The notes under the pieces: generated by a model
Told to the model about the DNA's origin: nothing
The model's input: only the letters and a program-made list of their open reading frames with translations
Database searches by the model: none
Source of the DNA: Acetivibrionales bacterium
GTDB lineage: Bacteria; Bacillota; Clostridia; Acetivibrionales; RGIG10202
Assembly: GCA_045118635.1 (NCBI GenBank)
Contig: JBGUYI010000079.1
Coordinates: 1 to 50,861, forward strand
Length of the DNA stretch: 50,861 nt
Direction of reading: 5' to 3'
Position numbers and translations under genes: made by a program
In this document: positions 44,733 to 50,861 of the stretch, piece by piece
Layout: each line of letters opens with the position of its first letter
How positions within the stretch are numbered: position 1 is the first letter of the stretch

Positions 44733-44768
44733 AACAAATTTAAATAAAATTATAGGGAGGATATAATT

Positions 44769-46310
44769 ATGACCGAAGAAACAAAAAGATTTATGGATAA
44801 GATTGAAAATTTTACTCTTTTAGAAAATTCTAATAAGATTACAGGAAATGACATAAAACAACTTAGAAAATTTTTTGTAACTATCCATTCAGATAAAATT
44901 CTTAAAATTGATTTTTCAACAGACTCTGAAAAAAAAGAAGCATTAGATGCTATTGTAAAGTTGGTAACTCAAATGAAAAATGCAAAAAAATTAATACAGC
45001 CTGTAGAACATGGAATAATTAATACAAATGTTTTCGAAAATGTTAATAATCCCGATGACTATTTAAACAAATTAGATACGGGAATAAAAGCTTTAGAAAA
45101 CATAATAAATGAAAAATTAGGAGAGCCATATGTTTTACAATATAACTCAAACTTCAATGAAACTGTGCAACAATATGATAATTTACAATCAGCAGAAAAT
45201 AACTATCAAAAATCTGATACTCATAAAAATCCTAGTTACCTATATATACTTAGTCAAATTATAGAAGATATGATTATTGATAAAGACGAAAAAGAGATTT
45301 ATCTAAATATGTTGGAAAGACTTACAGAAAATATAGCAAAAAGTATTCTTCTAGACATTTCAGAAAAGGATAGTATTAATAACATAGATATATTTTACCT
45401 TAGAGATATTATGTCTAACACGCATGAACTTCTAGAAGTATTAGATACCATATGCCTAATAACCAACAAAAGTACTGATTATGCAAATGAACTTGTTAAT
45501 AAAGACTCAACCATTTTTGATAAGGTGAAAAAATATAATAAGACTTTTGATAAATCTGAAAAAGAAACAATAAAAAATGAAATTATAGAATTTAGTCAAA
45601 AATATGATATTTATACATTTATAAAAAAATTAGATATAACTACAGAAAAAAAAGAAGAATATAAAAATATAATTGGGCAATTAAAAAAGGAAGATTTATA
45701 CAAAATTGAAGAAATATTTAAATCCAATAACGATATCAGCCCCCAACTGCAAATGACAGTATTAAGAAATATTTTAGAAGATGCGATTTCAGAAAATAAA
45801 GTAATACAACAAATAAGCAATTTAACAAAAGTTCATGAAAACTATACAAAAGAAATATTTCAACGATTTACTAATATTGGCGAAGATTTATATTATAATA
45901 CATTTTCAAAAAAAAATATTTTAAAATACCTAGAACAAGATATTAAAAAACACTGTAATCTACCAAAAAAATATACCAAAAATATTAAAAAAATGTTTAA
46001 AGAAGATAACAATATTTATAAAATTTCAAATTGTATGGCAAATATATGCAAAGAAAATGTAAATTATTATACCAAACAAGAAAACATCGAAGAAATAAAA
46101 AACATATTATCACCAATTAAAACAAAATCAAATTTATTTGGTAATTCATTATCAAATGCTAGAAAAATAATAAAATATAATTTGAACCAATTAAACAATT
46201 GGGGGAAAAATATGACAATAATGCTTAAAAAAGTAAGTCATGGTAAAAAATATAACTTAAAAAATGCACCAAATATAAAAAAGAACAAAAGTAAAGGTAG
46301 AGAAAAATAA
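44769..46310 (+). CDS. Hypothetical K/N/E-rich protein (513 aa) with a possible degenerate J-like N-terminus
   Basis: AGGGAGG serves as the RBS. The sequence DIKQLRKFFVTIHSDK loosely resembles EIKKAYRKLALKYHPDK of J-domains, with HSD in place of HPD. Confidence 0.7.
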   Translation: MTEETKRFMDKIENFTLLENSNKITGNDIKQLRKFFVTIHSDKILKIDFSTDSEKKEALDAIVKLVTQMKNAKKLIQPVEHGIINTNVFENVNNPDDYLNKLDTGIKALENIINEKLGEPYVLQYNSNFNETVQQYDNLQSAENNYQKSDTHKNPSYLYILSQIIEDMIIDKDEKEIYLNMLERLTENIAKSILLDISEKDSINNIDIFYLRDIMSNTHELLEVLDTICLITNKSTDYANELVNKDSTIFDKVKKYNKTFDKSEKETIKNEIIEFSQKYDIYTFIKKLDITTEKKEEYKNIIGQLKKEDLYKIEEIFKSNNDISPQLQMTVLRNILEDAISENKVIQQISNLTKVHENYTKEIFQRFTNIGEDLYYNTFSKKNILKYLEQDIKKHCNLPKKYTKNIKKMFKEDNNIYKISNCMANICKENVNYYTKQENIEEIKNILSPIKTKSNLFGNSLSNARKIIKYNLNQLNNWGKNMTIMLKKVSHGKKYNLKNAPNIKKNKSKGREK

Positions 46311-46375
46311 TATTCCATCAAAGAATATGCTTAACATACCATTTCAAAATATCCCCTTCTAAAAAAACTCATATC

Positions 46376-46499
46376 TCTATTCCAAAAAAATAAAAAAAAT
46401 TTGACTTTTTGGAATAGAGCAATAAACAGATTTCATCGTGACATGTTCTCACCATCGCTACAAAGTAAAATTCTTGTTAAAACAATCAGATGAAATCTA
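46376..46499. repeat. Two consecutive inverted repeats in a convergent intergenic region
   Basis: The first is ctctattccaaaaa / tttttggaatagag (46376-46420, 14 bp). The second is agatttcatc / gatgaaatct (46429-46499, 10 bp) enclosing 51 nt. Confidence 0.6.
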
Positions 46500-46521
46500 T
46501 TCATTTGATACCCTTTACAAT

Positions 46522-48645
46522 CTATTCATATTTATCATAATCTCCATTTAATGTATATGTCTTTATATCAAACTCTTTTAATGCTCCTTTAGTAGTCTTT
46601 TTCACTTCATACATAGCATAATCAGCATACTTACTAAGTTCCTCATATTGAATACTATCTTGTGGGAACCAGGCAACTCCCATAGATGCTCGCATAGCTT
46701 TTCTTTCACCATTTGGAAGCTCTATCTCTGTTTCATCAAAATCTCTCTTTACTTTATTTATAATTTGACGTATTTGTTCTTTTGTCTCAAATCCTCCTAT
46801 AAAAGCAGTAAATTCATCTCCACCTATTCTTCCAACTACACCACCATATTTAGTAAATTTATTTATTGAATCAGCTGCTTTTCTGATATATTCATCACCT
46901 AACTCATGCCCAAAAGTATCATTCATATATTTTAAGCTATCTAAATCCAACATCAAGAATGCTGCTATTTTATCTTTTGGTGCATTTGATATATAATCAG
47001 TAACTTCTCTTTTAAACGCTATCCTGTTAAATAGCCCTGTTAAAACATCATGATCTCTCTCAAACTCTATTTTTTGCTTCTTTAACATATCATCTGTAAC
47101 ATCAACAACAACACCTAATGTCTTTTGGTCACTTATTAGCATCTTCACTCTCACATAACTCTCTTTTCCATACTTATTTATAACATATACATTCTTCTCA
47201 TTTGTAACCCTATTTTTAGTAATATCTGATAATATCTTTTTAAATCTTTCCATATTTATAAATAAATCTTCACTATCATCTAGACTTACTCCAACTACTT
47301 TAAAAAATGATTGTGTACAATATACCATATTAGAATTATCAAAATACTCAAATGCACCAATAGGCATATTCACTAAATTTATAATTTGCGATAATTTAGA
47401 TGCATTATCAGACACATTTTTACCTAAATTTTCAATAGAAACAGCTAATGCATCCATCTGTGTAATCCCTAGCCTATTAATTTTTACAGCTTTACTAGGA
47501 TTCATTTTCTTAACTGCATTAACCATCTCTGTGATAGGTTTTGTAACATGCGATGCAGTAAATATCACAATAATAATACTAACTAATGATGCTATTACTA
47601 ACCCAACTAATAAATCTTCCATAAGTTCATTCTGTATACTAAACAAATCCTCCTTAGTGGTGACACTTAAAACTTTTATATTCCCTTCCCCTAATTTTAT
47701 ATCCAAATCTTTTACACTAGCTATATTTTCTTTACTCTCTCCTATGTTAATGCCTAAAATTTTATAAATATCATAAACACTATCAGAAGATTTTGCTAAA
47801 CTTATGTCATGCACATTATAATCATCTTTTATCAAAGAAATACCATTTAAATTATTTTCATTGCCATAAGCTATTAAATTATATCCACCATAACCTTTAT
47901 AATCATCAAAAATTTCATTAAGCTTATTTAACGAAATCTCAACCCCTATCACACCATATGGAACTCCTGAATCATTTATTAATGGCAATGTATAAGTAAT
48001 ACTTTTTATACCATCATTGTTAAGATCAAATGGCTCACTTAAGTATTCACATTCTCTATAATTCACCGTTTCACTCTTCTTAGCCTTGCTATACACTTCA
48101 TTATAAAATTTAGTATATGCTATGCCGTCACTGCTAAATTTGAAAGTCTCTTTCCAAGAATTGTCAAGCTTTAGCTCTAATTTTTGAACAAGACCTAATG
48201 ATCCAACTTTTAACATTAACTCATCACCATTTTTTCTTATATACATACCTGTTCTTTCATTTATACTCTTAGTTGGAACATTATCTAATATAACAAACGC
48301 ACCTGTCGCATTAGATTTATTTATAACATCTAGTAAATCCTCTGAAACTTCTGAAATGATTAACTCAACTGTTTTTTCACTATCACCCTCAAGTTGAATA
48401 AGCTTACTATTCACATTTTTATAGCTCTCATCCGTAACTCTAAATCTCGAAAAAAAGTTACTGACATTATAACTCAATTTGTTATTACGACTATCTAATA
48501 ATTCATACGCATTGTCTTTTAGTTGCTTTGTTGTGCCACCAAAAAATATAGTAACCAATATTATTATGACTTGTAAAAACAACACAATAAACATAGGCCT
48601 TATTATAGTAGTCTTTATAGAAACTGCTTTCTTTGCTTTTCCCAT
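46522..48645 (-). CDS. Membrane diguanylate cyclase (TM, Cache-like periplasmic domain, TM, linker/PAS-like region, GGDEF)
   Basis: RIGGDEF and DLDSLKYMNDTFGH are present, with two TM segments flanking an extracytoplasmic domain of about 300 aa. AGGGTGA lies upstream of ATG 48645. Confidence 0.85.
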   Translation of the reverse strand: MGKAKKAVSIKTTIIRPMFIVLFLQVIIILVTIFFGGTTKQLKDNAYELLDSRNNKLSYNVSNFFSRFRVTDESYKNVNSKLIQLEGDSEKTVELIISEVSEDLLDVINKSNATGAFVILDNVPTKSINERTGMYIRKNGDELMLKVGSLGLVQKLELKLDNSWKETFKFSSDGIAYTKFYNEVYSKAKKSETVNYRECEYLSEPFDLNNDGIKSITYTLPLINDSGVPYGVIGVEISLNKLNEIFDDYKGYGGYNLIAYGNENNLNGISLIKDDYNVHDISLAKSSDSVYDIYKILGINIGESKENIASVKDLDIKLGEGNIKVLSVTTKEDLFSIQNELMEDLLVGLVIASLVSIIIVIFTASHVTKPITEMVNAVKKMNPSKAVKINRLGITQMDALAVSIENLGKNVSDNASKLSQIINLVNMPIGAFEYFDNSNMVYCTQSFFKVVGVSLDDSEDLFINMERFKKILSDITKNRVTNEKNVYVINKYGKESYVRVKMLISDQKTLGVVVDVTDDMLKKQKIEFERDHDVLTGLFNRIAFKREVTDYISNAPKDKIAAFLMLDLDSLKYMNDTFGHELGDEYIRKAADSINKFTKYGGVVGRIGGDEFTAFIGGFETKEQIRQIINKVKRDFDETEIELPNGERKAMRASMGVAWFPQDSIQYEELSKYADYAMYEVKKTTKGALKEFDIKTYTLNGDYDKYE

Positions 48646-48768
48646 ATAACTCACCCTACTTTCTTAGGTTTTTACTAACAACCAAAAAAACTGAGTGCTC
48701 TCACACCCCACTAATATTGTAACATACAGAAATACGCCTTTCAATAATACAATATGTTGCAAAGTTAA

Positions 48769-48807
48769 AAAACTAAGATTTGCCTTATAACGACAAATCC
48801 TAGTTTT
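48769..48807 (-). terminator. Intrinsic terminator of the 662-aa secreted-protein gene
   Basis: The stem aaaactaagatttg/caaatcctagtttt is 14 bp with one mismatch. A T-run follows on the minus strand. Confidence 0.7.
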
Positions 48808-48860
48808 AGAATCTTAGATTAACTTTAAAATAAATATTTCTTGTTGAATAAATCTCTCTT

Positions 48861-50849
48861 CTAGTCAATAACATGTTGACTTGTATGTATAAATGATTCT
48901 TCCTTTCCATTGGAATTTTTCCAAGTTATACGAGCTTTCACAGTAACTGTATCACCTTTACTTAAAGGAAGTTTACTGAAAGTTAGTTTATTTGATCCTG
49001 TATCCTTTTTGTAGGTTTCTATTTCTTCGTTACCATTTTTTAATAAGGTACATTCTTTAATTAGATATTTTTTATCATCAGAAGGACAAGTTACTATAAT
49101 TTTAACCATACTATTTTCTTTTTTATTTATCCATTCTTTATTTATAGGGCATTTATAACCATTAATTACTGCCTCTTTTGCACTACTAGCTACAGTAACC
49201 TTCTTAGTAGTTGATCCATTAGTATATGATGCTTCAATTTGGTTATTTCCCATATCAGTAAATTCCCATTTCAAAGTTCCTAATTGTTTTTCCTTATGTG
49301 TCCTAAAACCATCATCTACAAAATTAACCATACTTTGTAGAACAATTATCTTGTTATTAGATTGTTCTGTTGAATAAAATTTAGCAAGCACATCTGATGT
49401 ATCTTTTTTAAACCATGCACTACTATATGTATCAGTATTTCTTTGTTTGTCTTCATCCTTCCAATCAGAACTAATTTTCCAATTAGATTGTCCATTTTCT
49501 ATTTTTACATAATCAGTTCCATTACTACTTAATTCAAATAGTGATTTTTTACCTTTTGGACAAGCAAGCTTAGCATGTAAAATTCCTTCATATCTATCAT
49601 GTACTAATTCAAATTCATCACCACTTGCCTCATCTTTATAATAACTTTTACAATAATTTAATTTATCTCCTCTAACAGGAATCCTGCATACATAAAATGT
49701 TGATTCTTTGCTGTTTGTTTTTCCTCCAGAATAAATTATACTTTTTCCACTTATTTTTTTATCAGTATCTGGATAGTGCCAACTTAAATATACATATGCA
49801 CTAATCCCATCTACATAAGTTAAATTCAAGTTAGTAAATCTATATCTTGAATACTTAGGATGAATATAACCCTCTTTGCCTGTTGCTTTTTCCTCATCTG
49901 GATTCTTAATCCAGTTTACATTTTTAAATTCTTTACAAGATTCTGTTACTGCGTTCCATACATCAATCTGACATGCTTCTAAAACAAATTCAAGCTTCTT
50001 TTCACTTTCACTATAATATTGGGGGCATTCAACAAGTATTTCATTTTTATTTCTATTAACCCACAAAGAAATAGGTCTATCAAAATAGTATTTATAATTT
50101 TGACAAATCACACTACCATCTTTAAGTCGATTTATAGCACTTTTAAATGAAGAACCATCACTCCAAAATTTATTATCAAGTGCTATAAAATTGTCTAAAG
50201 TTGATGTTGTTGTTCCATCATTAGCCTCCCATGTTAGTGTAACTTTACTATCGATTCTTGTTGAATTTTCCAAATTTAAATCTTCTATTATTTGCACATA
50301 ATAGCTCCTTTCGTACCTATATGTCTCTAATTCTTTAGCACTCTTCCAAGTTTTGCCATTATCTACACTCGCTTTAAATTTCATTGTTTTAAATTTATAA
50401 TCTTGTTTACCTAGCATTTTTTTTACTTCCCAGTATGTAGGGCATATCGCTATTAAATCAAATTTTTTGGTTTTTTCATTGTAACAAAGATAAGTAGTTA
50501 TTGGTTTATCATTTTCATCAGTTGACTGATCATTTGTTTGAGCTTTTAGCACTGTATAATTATTTTTTTCAAAAAAATCGAAACTACTATCATCTTCTTT
50601 GATATCGTGTTTTGTGCTTTCTTTTCTTTCTTTGTTTATATCAAGATATCTACCATCTACTGTATAACTGCTCATAGCACCAAAAGATTTTTCCCCTTTT
50701 TTTATCTTTTTTTTATTACTTAATATACTTTTGTAATTTTTAGACACTGATGCATGCACTTGTTGCCAACTAATCGGAGCAAGCAATGTGGTAAAACACA
50801 TGCTACATAAAATAATTTTTTTAAAACAACTCACAATCTTTTTACTCAT
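48861..50849 (-). CDS. Secreted protein of unknown function (662 aa) built from four repeated modules
   Basis: GGAGGA serves as the RBS and the signal peptide is MSKKIVSCFKKIILCSMCFTTLLAPISWQQVHA. The landmarks x-CP (AICPTYW, VECPQYY, LACPKGK, VTCPSDD) and T/S-W (LTWEAND, LSWHYPD, LKWEFTD, ITWKNSN) recur roughly every 140-155 aa. Confidence 0.8.
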   Translation of the reverse strand: MSKKIVSCFKKIILCSMCFTTLLAPISWQQVHASVSKNYKSILSNKKKIKKGEKSFGAMSSYTVDGRYLDINKERKESTKHDIKEDDSSFDFFEKNNYTVLKAQTNDQSTDENDKPITTYLCYNEKTKKFDLIAICPTYWEVKKMLGKQDYKFKTMKFKASVDNGKTWKSAKELETYRYERSYYVQIIEDLNLENSTRIDSKVTLTWEANDGTTTSTLDNFIALDNKFWSDGSSFKSAINRLKDGSVICQNYKYYFDRPISLWVNRNKNEILVECPQYYSESEKKLEFVLEACQIDVWNAVTESCKEFKNVNWIKNPDEEKATGKEGYIHPKYSRYRFTNLNLTYVDGISAYVYLSWHYPDTDKKISGKSIIYSGGKTNSKESTFYVCRIPVRGDKLNYCKSYYKDEASGDEFELVHDRYEGILHAKLACPKGKKSLFELSSNGTDYVKIENGQSNWKISSDWKDEDKQRNTDTYSSAWFKKDTSDVLAKFYSTEQSNNKIIVLQSMVNFVDDGFRTHKEKQLGTLKWEFTDMGNNQIEASYTNGSTTKKVTVASSAKEAVINGYKCPINKEWINKKENSMVKIIVTCPSDDKKYLIKECTLLKNGNEEIETYKKDTGSNKLTFSKLPLSKGDTVTVKARITWKNSNGKEESFIHTSQHVID

Positions 50850-50861
50850 AAAATATCCTCC

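Overview
This is a strongly AT-rich chromosomal segment from a low-GC bacterium. Its gene content looks Firmicutes/Clostridia-like: MecA, a zinc-ribbon ClpE-type ATPase, CdaA, MutS2, dnaE-pfkA linkage and strong GGAGG ribosome-binding sites. All calls were made by eye from the sequence and ORF track, with no database search.

Most of the window is ordinary housekeeping:
- glgX, clpE, an LtaS-like sulfatase, sanA-like, and pit with its DUF47 partner
- a PPi-type PFK, ykuS-like, mecA, cdaA, cca, nadE, an M18 aminopeptidase, mutS2, pgsA, pfkA and dnaE
- nucleotide second-messenger genes: one polypeptide combining HK, REC, HPt, REC and HD-GYP, a Cache-type GGDEF cyclase, and cdaA

The accessory-looking parts are:
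1. A 7.5-kb island of three large ankyrin-repeat genes (80-7467). They have paralogous promoters and very recent in-frame repeat expansions.
2. A family of about 150-nt GC-enriched intergenic elements, which I call E-elements. Two copies bracket the island in direct orientation, an inverted copy lies inside it, and a fourth copy at 44590-44732 has its own promoter-like and terminator-like signals.
3. Three copies of a perfect palindrome, ATTGCGACAAC-N3-GTTGTCGCAAT. They partition the cca-nadE gap into two cassettes: a secreted ankyrin protein plus gene fragments, and a DUF4160 gene with a tandem-fused DUF2442 gene.
4. An operon of coiled-coil proteins (22422-24883) that share a repeated Ser/Asp linear motif.

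I found no rRNA, tRNA, CRISPR array, transposase or integrase. Whether the E-elements are RNAs or recombination scars cannot be decided from sequence alone.
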